Shown: positions 13,660 to 26,800 of the stretch, piece after piece | Layout: each line of letters begins with the position of its first letter | Numbering within the stretch: position 1 is the stretch's first letter | Assembly: GCA_964016885.1 (NCBI GenBank) | Contig: OZ024741.1 | Span: 25,792,001 to 25,856,000 of the forward strand | Direction of reading: 5' to 3' | From: Eledone cirrhosa | Taxonomy: Eukaryota | Length of the DNA: 64,000 bases | Program-made: the position numbers and the translations under genes | Notes under the pieces: model-generated | What the model was told of the DNA's origin: nothing | Seen by the model: the letters and a program-made list of their open reading frames with translations, nothing else | The model's database searches: none

Positions 13660-13938
13660 GTTGGTACCACAACATCCAGTCCGAAACAAATGAGGTCGTG
13701 TAGGTGTCACGACAAAAAAACACAGTCCACGCTGTAATGTGGCCGTGTAGGTAACACGGTAAAAACCTCCCAGTCCACACTGTAAACGTGGTTGGTGTTA
13801 GGAAGGGCATCCAGCCGTAGAAAACCGCCAGACAGTCCTATACGAGCAGGACAACAAATCTTGCCTCAAGTGGGAAACCTCCCGTCCAAACCCATGCAAG
13901 CGTGGAAGATGGACGTTAAACGATGATGATGATGATGA
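13660..13938 (+). mobile_element. RTE 3' UTR fragment with (GAT)n tail
   Basis: Homologous to the reverse complement of 3151-3440. Confidence 0.88.
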
Positions 13939-13939
13939 T

Positions 13940-14452
13940 ATATATATATAACTGAGGATGTCTGTCTGTGTGTGTGTGAGTTCGAATCCCTAAAACTCGA
14001 GAACCACCCAACCGACTGTTTTCAAACATTACACAACACGTAATACTTATGTTTCAGGGTGTGTTCTGAGCAAAAAAATTTCAAATTTTCAATGCCCTAG
14101 GGACCGCATTAGGCGATTTAGCGATCTCGCTCTATAATTCTTAGTCTTTCTCTTTTTAGATAGATAGATACATATAATGTCACACCCTTATAATATCTGT
14201 CTGTATGTCTGGCTGTCTGCTGCCTCCGGTTATTCTGCCACCCTTGCTCAAGACAAATCTCACACTCATTCCCCAAACAGTTGGTAAGTGCACACAACTT
14301 CTTCCTCACGTTTTAAGCCACAGTGTTGCTTACTTACGTACCACCAGACCCTGAATTCTTTGCCAGCTGTGGTTGTGGCAATACTAAGCTTAGTTAGGCG
14401 GTTATATATTTCACAATACCTTATCCCGTGCAACGCCGGGTACCACTGCTAG
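13940..14452 (+). mobile_element. Non-autonomous Helitron-like element
   Basis: 3' hairpin CCCGtgcaacgcCGGG (14425-14440) then CTAG|T (14449-14453); 5' tatatataactgaggatgtctgtctgtgtg resembles invertebrate non-autonomous Helitron starts. Confidence 0.7.
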
Positions 14453-14482
14453 TATATATATAAAATAAAGTAAAATGAACAT

Positions 14483-14515
<33 letters not shown>

Positions 14516-14518
14516 AAC

Positions 14519-14563
<45 letters not shown>

Positions 14564-14567
14564 GAAC

Positions 14568-14604
<37 letters not shown>

Positions 14605-15134
14605 AACAGTATATATATATATAATGAAGTAAAATGAGCAGTATATATATATATATATATAAACTGAACTGTATATATGGTTATATATAAACAAATAAAT
14701 AGATGGAATCAAAATTCTAAACTATTTGACAATTATATATTCTCATATACAACTCTCTACATACAAATACACACACATCCACACACACACATCCACACAC
14801 ACACACACACACACAGACACACACACACATCCACACACACACATCCACACATATCCACACACACACACACACTGAAAAGAGAGGAAAAGAGGTAGAAGGC
14901 ATGGGAAGTTTGTTTTAAAACATCAAGTTTACAAAATATGAATACCGCGACATTCCAGTCATTCTAATTTAGTTGTTTATATTCTATAAAAATTCCTCTG
15001 TTGTGCCTGAATATTTCTCAATGAGTAACCAACAAAATGGTTTCAAACATTTCAAGGTGTTAAAGTTTATACCTGGAGTTATAACTACATTGGATGAGGT
15101 GGAACTTGGCACGACAAAGAGGAAACCACTCTAA

Positions 15135-15435
15135 TAATGGTTTCAGATTGAGGCTCAAGACCAGTAATCTTTTTGTGGGGAAGGAGAAAATCGATTAAAT
15201 CGACCCCAGCGTGCGACTGGTACTTTATTTTATCAACCCTGTAAGGATGAAAGGCAAAGCTAACTTTGGTAGGATTTGAACTCAGACCGTAAAGGGCCAT
15301 AACTCTAATTTGCAAAGCATATCGTCCGATGCTGCCAATCCAATTAATAATTGTTTCTACTTTAGGCACAAGGCCAACAATTTAAGGGAAAGCCAATTAT
15401 ATTGACCTCCAGTGTATTACTGGTATTTTATTTTA
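15135..15435 (-). mobile_element. SINE copies (family of 890-1635)
   Basis: Same conserved block (gtaaggatgaaaggcaaag...gatttgaactc). Confidence 0.7.
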
Positions 15436-15439
15436 TAAT

Positions 15440-16215
15440 GAGCAATTGAGCTGCGCTAACCCCAGATATTGTCATATTAAACTAGGAAGACAACTACTGC
15501 CAGATCATAGCCATACCAAATGACATGTAGCCATACCAAGTGACATGTGGCCATACCAAATGACATGTGGCGATACCAAATGACATGTGGCCATACCAAA
15601 TGACATGTGGCAATACCAAATGACATGTAGCCATACCAAGTGACATGTAGCCATACCAAGTGACATGTAGCCATACCAAATGACATGTAGCCATACCAAA
15701 TGACATGTAGCCATACCAAGTGACATGCAGCCATACCAAGTGACATGCAGCCATACCAAGTGACATGTAGCCATACCAAGTGACATGTGGCCATACCAAG
15801 TTACATGTAGCCATAACAAGTGACATGCAACCATACCAAGTGACATGTAGCTATACCAAATGACATGTAGACATACCAAATGACTGGATACTGCAAGTAA
15901 AAAGGTTGAAAACAATCAACCAGTATTCCAAATTGAAAGTAGAGATAGCAAGATTGTCTGGAATACGAGAGGGTAATGTGAAAGTGATACCAGTTGTGAT
16001 TGGGGCATTAAAGTCAATCCCAATTTAACTCCAAGACTTCTTAAAGTGGTTGGGAATACCATACAAGATTGGTGTCCTATAAATATCAACCTTGCTAGGC
16101 ACTGCACATATTTTAATGAAGGTATTATCTGTCTGAGGTCCTTGTTGTAACTTGACCAGTGACTAAATACTCCGGTGTATTAATCATCTACACTACGTGA
16201 CAGTGATAATAATAA
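15440..16215 (+). mobile_element. Decayed R4/Dong-like non-LTR element 3' end (restriction-like endonuclease)
   Basis: Pieces read PDIVI...IAIPND...KKVE...VKVIPVVIGAL...LLGTAHILMKVL, a PD-(D/E)xK RLE C-terminus; ends in (TAA)n. Confidence 0.7.
15509..15884. repeat. 20-bp minisatellite (~19 copies)
   Basis: Unit ccataccaa(a/g)tgacatgt(a/g)g. Confidence 0.95.
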
Positions 16216-16670
16216 TGGTTTCTACATTTGGCACAAGACCAGCAATTCGAAGAGGAGGGAGCTGGTTAAATCGACCCCAGTGTGTTACTAATACTTTAAG
16301 GCAAAGCGAATCTCAGTGGGATTTGAACTCAAACCGTAAAGGGCCGTAACTCTATGCTTCACCGATACTGCCAATGTTAATGATTTCAGTTTTAGGGACA
16401 TGGCTGGTAATTTTTTTTTTTGGGGGGGGGGGGGTTATAAATTAAATGAACTGAATAATAATAATTGTTTCTACTTTTGGCACACGGCCAGCAATTACTC
16501 AGTACATTACTGGTACTTTATTTTATCGACCCCGTAAGGATGAAAGGCAAAGTTAACTTCAACGGGATTTGAACTCAGACCGTGAAGGGACGTAACTATG
16601 CTAGAAAGCATAGCGTCCAACCCTCTACCGATACTACCAATTCACCGCTCTTACTGAATAATAATAATAA
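16205..16670 (-). mobile_element. SINE copies (family of 890-1635) directly upstream of the second exon
   Basis: Same conserved block as above. Confidence 0.7.
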
Positions 16671-16689
16671 TTTCTTTTGTCTGTTGCAG

Positions 16690-16732
16690 CACTGGGTTGA
16701 CCCAACTAAGTTACTGAAGAAACAGGTCAAAA
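16690..16732 (+). CDS. Next exon (43 bp) of the same FERM gene
   Basis: ttcttttgtctgttgcag acceptor, gtaagt donor; reads HWVDPTKLLKKQVK+1 nt, the in-frame continuation (HWLDPTKxIKKQVKI in Yurt/EPB41L5). Confidence 0.9.
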
Positions 16733-16861
16733 GTAAGTACTGTCTGTTTTATTATGTGGCAGTGGGGGAGGGCAGTAATTATTATTATTATTATTAACCT
16801 ATTAATTCTTCATTCTGTTATAGATCAATACTGTTAGTCTTGTGATTGTTTATACACCCAT

Positions 16862-17415
16862 TATAATAATGAAATTGTGTACAGTGCTCAGGTGCACTAC
16901 AACTCATCAAAGGTGCATGTATAATACATAGAATAATATACAAATGTCAAGGAAATGAATAGTGTATGAGTCATGATATATATGTGTGCGTGTGTATGGA
17001 GGGGGGATATCAGGTGTAGTGCTGGCGAATCTCAGGAAGCATGGAGGTTTTAAAGGATGCAGTGTCTCGACAACTAATAACTGATGCAGGTAGTTTGTTC
17101 CATGCTTCAGCAACTCTGAGCGTGAAAAAATGTTTCCGAAAGTCATGGGAGCTGTTTTCTGACTTTGTTGGCATGCCCACGTGTGTTAGACACATGGAAA
17201 TCAAAATCATTGAACATACAATAGATAGCAGAGAGTGAGCTGGGGTAGAAACGAAAAATGTTTCTTTGAGAAAAAGCATGTCTGGTAATTTCACCATCTC
17301 TTGGAGGACTGTTGATAGGATTATTTGTGGTGTAGGAAGTTCTGTTGTCTTTTGAAAGGCTGTGATAAAGTGTCTTATATTGTGCTGAAAAGGGAAGAAA
17401 TGTATTTAGAGTGGG
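16862..17415 (-). mobile_element. CR1-group LINE 3' fragment
   Basis: Reads NTRGHANKVRK / RKHFFTLRVAEAWNKLPASVISC, the typical CR1 C-terminus (RxxFFxxRVxxxWNxLP); (ATT) tail near 16862. Confidence 0.75.
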
Positions 17416-17795
17416 TATATGTGTGTGCATCTTGTTGTTTATCTGTACAAAGTTGTGAGGGTATGTGTGTGTGCATCTTGTTGTTTATCTGTACAAAGTT
17501 GTGAGGGTATGTGTGTGTGCATCTTGTTGTTTATCTGTACAAAGTTGTGAGGGTATGTGTGTGTGCATCTTGTTGTTTATCTGTACAAAGTTGTGAGGGT
17601 ATGTGTGTGTGCATCTTGTTGTTTATCTGTACAAAGTTGTGAGGGTATGTGTGTGTGCATCTTGTTGTTTATCTGTACAAAGTTGTGAGGGTATGTGTGT
17701 GTGCATCTTGTTGTTTATCTGTACAAAGTTGTGAGGGTATGTGTGTGTGCATCTTGTTGTTTATCTGTACAAAGTTGTGAGGGTATGTGTGTGTA
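17415..17795. repeat. 46-bp minisatellite (~8 copies)
   Basis: Unit gtatgtgtgtgtgcatcttgttgtttatctgtacaaagttgtgagg. Confidence 0.95.
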
Positions 17796-17832
17796 TATAA
17801 GCTTAAGAGAGAGTCTAGGCGTGCTTCTTGTT

Positions 17833-20800
17833 GAACTGTAAGTGTAGAGGGGTGTAAGTGTTGTTGGTCTATATAGAACTGTAAGTGTAGAGGGGTGTAA
17901 GTGTTGTTGGTCTATATAGAACTGTAAGTGTAGAGGGGTGTAAGTGTTGTTGGTCTATATAGAGCTGTAAGTGTAGAAGGGTGTAAGTGTTGTTGGTCTA
18001 TATAGAACTGTAAGTGTAGAGGGATGTAAGTGTTGTTGGTCTATATAGAACTGTAAGTGTAGAGGGGTGTAAGTGTTGTTGGTCTATATAGAGCTGTAAG
18101 TGTAGTGGGGTGTAAGTGTTGTTGGTCTATATAGAGCTGTAAGTGTAGAGGGGTGTAAGTGTTGTTGGTCTATATAGAGCTGTAAGTGTAGAAGGGTGTA
18201 AATGTTGTTGGTCTATATAGAGCTGTAAGTGTAGAGGGGTGTAAGTGTTGTTGGTCTATATAGAGCTGTAAGTGTAGAGGGGTGTAAATGTTGTTGGTCT
18301 ATATAGAACTGTAAGTGTAGAGGGGTGTAAGTGTTGTTGGTCTATATAGAACTGTAAGTGTAGAGGGGTGTAAATGTTGTTGGTCTATATAGAACTGTAA
18401 GTGTAGAGGGGGTGTAAGTGTTGTTGGTCTATATAGAACTGTAAGTGTAGAGGGGTGTAAGTGTTGTTGGTCTATATAGAACTGTAAGTGTAGTGGGGTG
18501 TAAGTGTTGTTGGTCTATATAGAACTGTAAGTGTAGAGGGGTGTAAGTGTTGTTGGTCTATATAGAACTGTAAGTGTAGAGGGGTGTAAGTGTTGTTGGT
18601 CTATATAGAACTGTAAGTGTAGTGGGGTGTAAGTGTTGTTGGTCTATATAGAGCTGTAAGTGTAGTGGGGTGTAAGTGTTGTTGGTCTATATAGAGCTGT
18701 AAGTGTAGAGGGGTGTAAGTGTTGTTGGTCTATATAGAGCTGTAAGTGTAGAAGGGTGTAAATGTTGTTGGTCTATATAGAACTGTAAGTGTAGAGGGGT
18801 GTAAGTGTTGTTGGTCTATATAGAGCTGTAAGTGTAGTGGGATGTAAGTGTTGTTGGTCTATATAGAACTGTAAGTGTAGAGGGGTGTAAGTGTTGTTGG
18901 TCTATATAGAACTGTAAGTGTAGAGGGGTGTAAGTGTTGTTGGTCTATATAGAACTGTAAGTGTAGAGGGGTGTAAGTGTTGTTGGTCTATATAGAACTG
19001 TAAGTGTAGAGGGGTGTAAATGTTGTTGGTCTATATAGAACTGTAAGTGTAGAGGGGTGTAAGTGTTGTTGGTCTATATAGAACTGTAAGTGTAGAGGGG
19101 TGTAAATGTTGTTGGTCTATATAGAGCTGTAAGTGTAGAGGGGTGTAAGTGTTGTTGGTCTATATAGAACTGTAAGTGTAGAGGGGTGTAAGTGTTGTTG
19201 GTCTATATAGAACTGTAAGTGTAGAGGGGTGTAAGTGTTGTTGGGTCTATATAGAACTGTAAGTGTAGAGGGGTGTAAGTGTTGTTGGTCTATATAGAAC
19301 TGTAAGTGTAGAGGGGTGTAAGTGTTGTTGGTCTATATAGAACTGTAAGTGTAGAGGGGTGTAAGTGTTGTTGGTCTATATAGAACTGTAAGTGTAGAGG
19401 GGGTGTAAATGTTGTTGGTCTATATAGAGCTGTAAGTGTAGAGGGGTGTAAGTGTTGTTGGTCTATATAGAACTGTAAGTGTAGAGGGGTGTAAGTGTTG
19501 TTGGTCTATATAGAACTGTAAGTGTAGAGGGGTGTAAGTGTTGTTGGTCTATATAGAACTGTAAGTGTAGAGGGGTGTAAGTGTTGTTGGTCTATATAGA
19601 ACTGTAAGTGTAGAGGGGTGTAGGTGTTGTTGGTCTATATAGAACTGTAAGTGTAGAGGGGTGTAAGTGTTGTTGGTCTATATAGAACTGTAAGTGTAGA
19701 GGGGTGTAAGTGTTGTTGGTCTATATAGAACTGTAAGTGTAGAGGGGTGTAAGTGTTGTTGGTCTATATAGAACTGTAAGTGTAGAGGGGTGTAAGTGTT
19801 GTTGGTCTATATAGAACTGTAAGTGTAGAGGGGTGTAAGTGTTGTTGGTCTATATAGAACTGTAAGTGTAGAGGGGTGTAAGTGTTGTTGGTCTATATAG
19901 AGCTGTAAGTGTAGAGGGGTGTAAGTGTTGTTGGTCTATATAGAGCTGTAAGTGTAGAGGGGTGTAAGTGTTGTTGGTCTATATAGAACTGTAAGTGTAG
20001 AGGGGTGTAAGTGTTGTTGGTCTATATAGAACTGTAAGTGTAGAGGGGTGTAAGTGTTGTTGGTCTATATAGAACTGTAAGTGTAGAGGGGTGTAAGTGT
20101 TGTTGGTCTATATAGAGCTGTAAGTGTAGAGGGGTGTAAGTGTTGTTGGTCTATATAGAGCTGTAAGTGTAGAGGGGTGTAAGTGTTGTTGGTCTATATA
20201 GAACTGTAAGTGTAGAGGGGTGTAAGTGTTGTTGGTCTATATAGAACTGTAAGTGTAGAGGGGTGTAAGTGTTGTTGGTCTATATAGAACTGTAAGTGTA
20301 GAGGGGTGTAAGTGTTGTTGGTCTATATAGAACTGTAAGTGTAGAGGGGTGTAAGTGTTGTTGGTCTATATAGAACTGTAAGTGTAGAGGGGTGTAAGTG
20401 TTGTTGGTCTATATAGAACTGTAAGTGTAGAGGGGTGTAAGTGTTGTTGGTCTATATAGAACTGTAAGTGTAGAGGGGTGTAAGTGTTGTTGGTCTATAT
20501 AGAGCTGTAAGTGTAGAGGGGTGTAAGTGTTGTTGGTCTATATAGAACTGTAAGTGTAGAGGGGTGTAAGTGTTGTTGGTCTATATAGAACTGTAAGTGT
20601 AGAGGGGTGTAAGTGTTGTTGGTCTATATAGAACTGTAAGTGTAGAGGGGTGTAGGTGTTGTTGGTCTATATAGAACTGTAAGTGTAGAGGGGTGTAAGT
20701 GTTGTTGGTCTATATAGAACTGTAAGTGTAGAGGGGTGTAAGTGTTGTTGGTCTATATAGAACTGTAAGTGTAGAGGGGTGTAAGTGTTGTTGGTCTATA

Positions 20801-23800
20801 TAGAACTGTAAGTGTAGAGGGGTGTAAGTGTTGTTGGTCTATATAGAGCTGTAAGTGTAGAGGGGTGTAAGTGTTGTTGGTCTATATAGAGCTGTAAGTG
20901 TAGAGGGGTGTAAGTGTTGTTGGTCTATATAGAACTGTAAGTGTAGAGGGGTGTAAGTGTTGTTGGTCTATATAGAACTGTAAGTGTAGAGGGGTGTAAG
21001 TGTTGTTGGTCTATATAGAACTGTAAGTGTAGAGGGGTGTAAGTGTTGTTGGTCTATATAGAACTGTAAGTGTAGAGGGGTGTAGGTGTTGTTGGTCTAT
21101 ATAGAACTGTAAGTGTAGAGGGGTGTAAGTGTTGTTGGTCTATATAGAACTGTAAGTGTAGAGGGGTGTAAGTGTTGTTGGTCTATATAGAACTGTAAGT
21201 GTAGAGGGGTGTAAGTGTTGTTGGTCTATATAGAACTGTAAGTGTAGAGGGGTGTAAGTGTTGTTGGTCTATATAGAACTGTAAGTGTAGAGGGGTGTAA
21301 GTGTTGTTGGTCTATATAGAACTGTAAGTGTAGAGGGGTGTAGTGTTGTTGGTCTATATAGAGCTGTAAGTGTAGAGGGGTGTAGGTGTTGTTGGTCTAT
21401 ATAGAACTGTAAGTGTAGAGGGGTGTAAGTGTTGTTGGTCTATATAGAACTGTAAGTGTAGAGGGGTGTAAGTGTTGTTGGTCTATATAGAACTGTAAGT
21501 GTAGAAGGGTGTAAGTGTTGTGTCTATATAGAACTGTAAGTGTAGAAGGGGTGTAAGTGTTGTTGGTCTATATAGAACTGTAAGTGTAGAGGGGTGTAAG
21601 TGTTGTTGGTCTATATAGAACTGTAAGTGTAGAGGGGTGTAAGTGTTGTTGGTCTATATAGAACTGTAAGTGTAGAGGGGTGTAGGTGTTGTTGGTCTAT
21701 ATAGAGCTGTAAGTGTAGAGGGATGTAGGTGTTGTTGGTCTATATAGAACTGTAAGTGTAGAGGGGTGTAAGTGTTGTTGGTCTATATAGAACTGTAAGT
21801 GTAGAGGGGTGTAAGTGTTGTTGGTCTATATAGAGCTGTAAGTGTAGAGGGGTGTAAAGTGTTGTTGGTCTATATAGAACTGTAAGTGTAGAAGGGTGTA
21901 AGTGTTGTTGGTCTATATAGAACTGTAAGTGTAGAGGGGTGTAGGTGTTGTTGGTCTATATAGAGCTGTAAGTGTAGAGGGGATGTAGGTGTTGTTGGTC
22001 TATATAGAACTGTAAGTGTAGAGGGGTTGTAAATGTTGTTGGTCTATATAGAACTGTAAGTGTAGAGGGGTGTAAGTGTTGTTGGTCTATATAGAACTGT
22101 AAGTGTAGAGGGGTGTAAGTGTTGTTGGTCTATATAGAACTGTAAGTGTAGAGGGGTGTAAGTGTTGTTGGTCTATATAGAACTGTAAGTGTAGAGGGGT
22201 GTAAGTGTTGTTGGTCTATATAGAACTGTAAGTGTAGAGGGGTGTAAGTGTTGTTGGTCTATATAGAACTGTAAGTGTAGAGGGGTGTAAGTGTTGTTGG
22301 TCTATATAGAACTGTAAGTGTAGAGGGGTGTAAGGTGTTGTTGGTCTATATAGAGCTGTAAGTGTAGAGGGGTGTAAGTGTTGTTGGTCTATATAGAACT
22401 GTAAGTGTAGAGGGGTGTAAGTGTTGTTGGTCTATATAGAACTGTAAGTGTAGAGGGGTGTAAGTGTTGTTGGTCTATATAGAACTGTAAGTGTAGAGGG
22501 GTGTAAGTGTTGTTGGTCTATATAGAACTGTAAGTGTAGAGGGGTGTAAGTGTTGTTGGTCTATATAGAACTGTAAGTGTAGAAGGGGTGTAAGTGTTGT
22601 TGGTCTATATAGAACTGTAAGTGTAGAGGGGTGTAAGTGTTGTTGGTCTATATAGAACTGTAAGTGTAGAGGGGTGTAGGTGTTGTTGGTCTATATAGAA
22701 CTGTAAGTGTAGAGGGGTGTAAGTGTTGTTGGTCTATATAGAACTGTAAGTGTAGAGGGGTGTAAGTGTTGTTGGTCTATATAGAACTGTAAGTGTAGAG
22801 GGGTGTAAGTGTTGTTGGTCTATATAGAACTGTAAGTGTAGAGGGGTGTAAGTGTTGTTGGTCTATATAGAACTGTAAGTGTAGAGGGGTGTAGGTGTTG
22901 TTGGTCTATATAGAACTGTAAGTGTAGAGGGGTGTAAGTGTTGTTGGTCTATATAGAACTGTAAGTGTAGAGGGGTGTAAGTGTTGTTGGTCTATATAGA
23001 ACTGTAAGTGTAGAGGGGTGTAAGTGTTGTTGGTCTATATAGAACTGTAAGTGTAGAGGGGTGTAAGTGTTGTTGGTCTATATAGAACTGTAAGTGTAGA
23101 AGGGTGTAAGTGTTGTTGGTCTATATAGAACTGTAAGTGTAGAGGGGTGTAAGTGTTGTTGGTCTATATAGAACTGTAAGTGTAGAGGGGTGTAAGTGTT
23201 GTTGGTCTATATAGAACTGTAAGTGTAGTGGGGTGTAAATGTTGTTGGTCTATATAGAGCTGTAAGTGTAGAGGGGGTGTAAAGTGTTGTTGGTCTATAT
23301 AGAACTGTAAGTGTAGAGGGGTGTAAGTGTTGTTGGTCTATATAGAACTGTAAGTGTAGAAGGGGTGTAAGTGTTGTTGGTCTATATAGAACTGTAAGTG
23401 TAGAGGGGTGTAAGTGTTGTTGGTCTATATAGAACTGTAAGTGTAGAGGGGTGTAAGTGTTGTTGGTCTATATAGAACTGTAAGTGTAGAGGGGTGTAGG
23501 TGTTGTTGGTCTATATAGAACTGTAAGTGTAGTGGGGTGTAAATGTTGTTGGTCTATATAGAACTGGAAGTGTAGAAGGGGTGTAAGTGTTGTTGGTCTA
23601 TATAGAGCTGTAAGTGTAGAGGGGTGTAGGTGTTGTTGGTCTATATAGAACTGTAAGTGTAGAGGGGTGTAAGTGTTGTTGGTCTATATAGAACTGTAAG
23701 TGTAGAGGGGTGTAGGTGTTGTTGGTCTATATAGAACTGTAAGTGTAGTGGGGTGTAAATGTTGTTGGTCTATATAGAACTGGAAGTGTAGAAGGGGTGT

Positions 23801-26800
23801 AAGTGTTGTTGGTCTATATAGAGCTGTAAGTGTAGAGGGGTGTAGGTGTTGTTGGTCTATATAGAACTGTAAGTGTAGAGGGGTGTAAGTGTTGTTGGTC
23901 TATATAGAACTGTAAGTGTAGAGGGGTGTAAGTGTTGTTGGTCTATATAGAACTGTAAGTGTAGAGGGGTGTAGGTGTTGTTGGTCTATATAGAACTGTA
24001 AGTGTAGAGGGGTGTAAGTGTTGTTGGTCTATATAGAACTGTAAGTGTAGAGGGGTGTAAGTGTTGTTGGTCTATATAGAACTGTAAGTGTAGAGGGGTG
24101 TAAGTGTTGTTGGTCTATATAGAACTGTAAGTGTAGAGGGGTGTAAATGTTGTTGGTCTATATAGAGCTGTAAGTGTAGTGGGGTGTAAATGTTGTTGGT
24201 CTATATAGAGCTGTAAGTGTAGAGGGGTGTAGGTGTTGTTGGTCTATATAGAACTGTAAGTGTAGAGGGGTGTAAGTGTTGTTGGTCTATATAGAACTGT
24301 AAGTGTAGAGGGGTGTAAGTGTTGTTGGTCTATATAGAACTGTAAGTGTAGAGGGGTGTAGGTGTTGTTGGTCTATATAGAACTGTAAGTGTAGAGGGGT
24401 GTAAGTGTTGTTGGTCTATATAGAACTGTAAGTGTAGAGGGGTGTAGGTGTTGTTGGTCTATATAGAACTGTAAGTGTAGAGGGGTGTAAGTGTTGTTGG
24501 TCTATATAGAACTGTAAGTGTAGAAGGGGTGTAAGTGTTGTTGGTCTATATAGAACTGTAAGTGTAGAGGGGTGTAAAGTGTTGTTGGTCTATATAGAGC
24601 TGTAAGTGTAGAGGGGTGTAAGTGTTGTTGGTCTATATAGAACTGTAAGTGTAGAGGGGTGTAAGTGTTGTTGGTCTATATAGAACTGTAAGTGTAGAGG
24701 GGTGTAAAGTGTTGTTGGTCTATATAGAGCTGTAAGTGTAGAGGGGTGTAAGTGTTGTTGGTCTATATAGAACTGTAAGTGTAGAAGGGGTGTAAGGTGT
24801 TGTTGGTCTATATAGAACTGTAAGTGTAGAGGGGTGTAAGTGTTGTTGGTCTATATAGAACTGTAAGTGTAGAGGGGTGTAAGTGTTGTTGGTCTATATA
24901 GAACTGTAAGTGTAGAGGGGTGTAAGTGTTGTTGGTCTATATAGAGCTGTAAGTGTAGAGGGGTGTAGGTGTTGTTGGTCTATATAGAACTGTAAGTGTA
25001 GAAGGGGTGTAAGTGTTGTTGGTCTATATAGAACTGTAAGTGTAGAGGGGTGTAAGTGTTGTTGGTCTATATAGAACTGTAAGTGTAGAGGGGTGTAAGT
25101 GTTGTTGGTCTATATAGAACTGTAAGTGTAGAGGGGTGTAAATGTTGTTGGTCTATATAGAGCTGTAAGTGTAGAGGGGTGTAGTGTTGTTGGTCTATAT
25201 AGAACTGTAAGTGTAGAAGGGGTGTAAGTGTTGTTGGTCTATATAGAACTGTAAGTGTAGAGGGGTGTAAGTGTTGTTGGTCTATATAGAACTGTAAGTG
25301 TAGAGGGGTGTAAATGTTGTTGGTCTATATAGAACTGTAAGTGTAGAGGGGTGTAAGTGTTGTTGGTCTATATAGAGCTGTAAGTGTAGAGGGGTGTAAG
25401 TGTTGTTGGTCTATATAGAACTGTAAGTGTAGAGGGGTGTAAGTGTTGTTGGTCTATATAGAAGCTGTAAGTGTAGAGGGGTGTAGTGTTGTTGGTCTAT
25501 ATAGAACTGTAAGTGTAGAGGGGTGTAAGTGTTGTTGGTCTATATAGAACTGTAAGTGTAGAGGGGTGTAAGTGTTGTTGGTCTATATAGAACTGTAAGT
25601 GTAGAGGGGTGTAAGTGTTGTTGGTCTATATAGAACTGTAAGTGTAGAGGGGTGTAAGTGTTGTTGGTCTATATAGAACTGTAAGTGTAGAGGGGTGTAA
25701 GTGTTGTTGGTCTATATAGAACTGTAAGTGTAGAGGGGTGTAAGTGTTGTTGGTCTATATAGAACTGTAAGTGTAGAGGGGTGTAAGTGTTGTTGGTCTA
25801 TATAGAACTGTAAGTGTAGAGGGGTGTAAGTGTTGTTGGTCTATATAGAACTGTAAGTGTAGAGGGGTGTAAGTGTTGTTGGTCTATATAGAACTGTAAG
25901 TGTAGAGGGGTGTAAGTGTTGTTGGTCTATATAGAGCTGTAAGTGTAGAGGGGTGTAAGTGTTGTTGGTCTATATAGAACTGTAAGTGTAGAGGGGGTGT
26001 AAGTGTTGTTGGTCTATATAGAACTGTAAGTGTAGAGGGGTGTAAGTGTTGTTGGTCTATATAGAACTGTAAGTGTAGAGGGGTGTAAATGTTGTTGGTC
26101 TATATAGAGCTGTAAGTGTAGAGGGGTGTAAGTGTTGTTGGTCTATATAGAACTGTAAGTGTAGAGGGGTGTAAGTGTTGTTGGTCTATATAGAACTGTA
26201 AGTGTAGAGGGGTGTAAGTGTTGTTGGTCTATATAGAAGCTGTAAGTGTAGAGGGGTGTAAGTGTTGTTGGTCTATATAGAACTGTAAGTGTAGAGGGGT
26301 GTAAGTGTTGTTGGTCTATATAGAGCTGTAAGTGTAGAGGGGTGTAAGTGTTGTTGGTCTATATAGAACTGTAAGTGTAGAGGGGTGTAAGTGTTGTTGG
26401 TCTATATAGAACTGTAAGTGTAGAGGGGTGTAAGTGTTGTTGGTCTATATAGAACTGTAAGTGTAGAGGGGTGTAAGTGTTGTTGGTCTATATAGAGCTG
26501 TAAGTGTAGAGGGGTGTAAGTGTTGTTGGTCTATATAGAGCTGTAAGTGTAGAGGGGTGTAAGTGTTGTTGGTCTATATAGAACTGTAAGTGTAGAGGGG
26601 TGTAAGTGTTGTTGGTCTATATAGAACTGTAAGTGTAGAGGGGTGTAAGTGTTGTTGGTCTATATAGAACTGTAAGTGTAGAGGGGTGTAAGTGTTGTTG
26701 GTCTATATAGAGCTGTAAGTGTAGAGGGGTGTAAGTGTTGTTGGTCTATATAGAACTGTAAGTGTAGAGGGGTGTAAGTGTTGTTGGTCTATATAGAACT

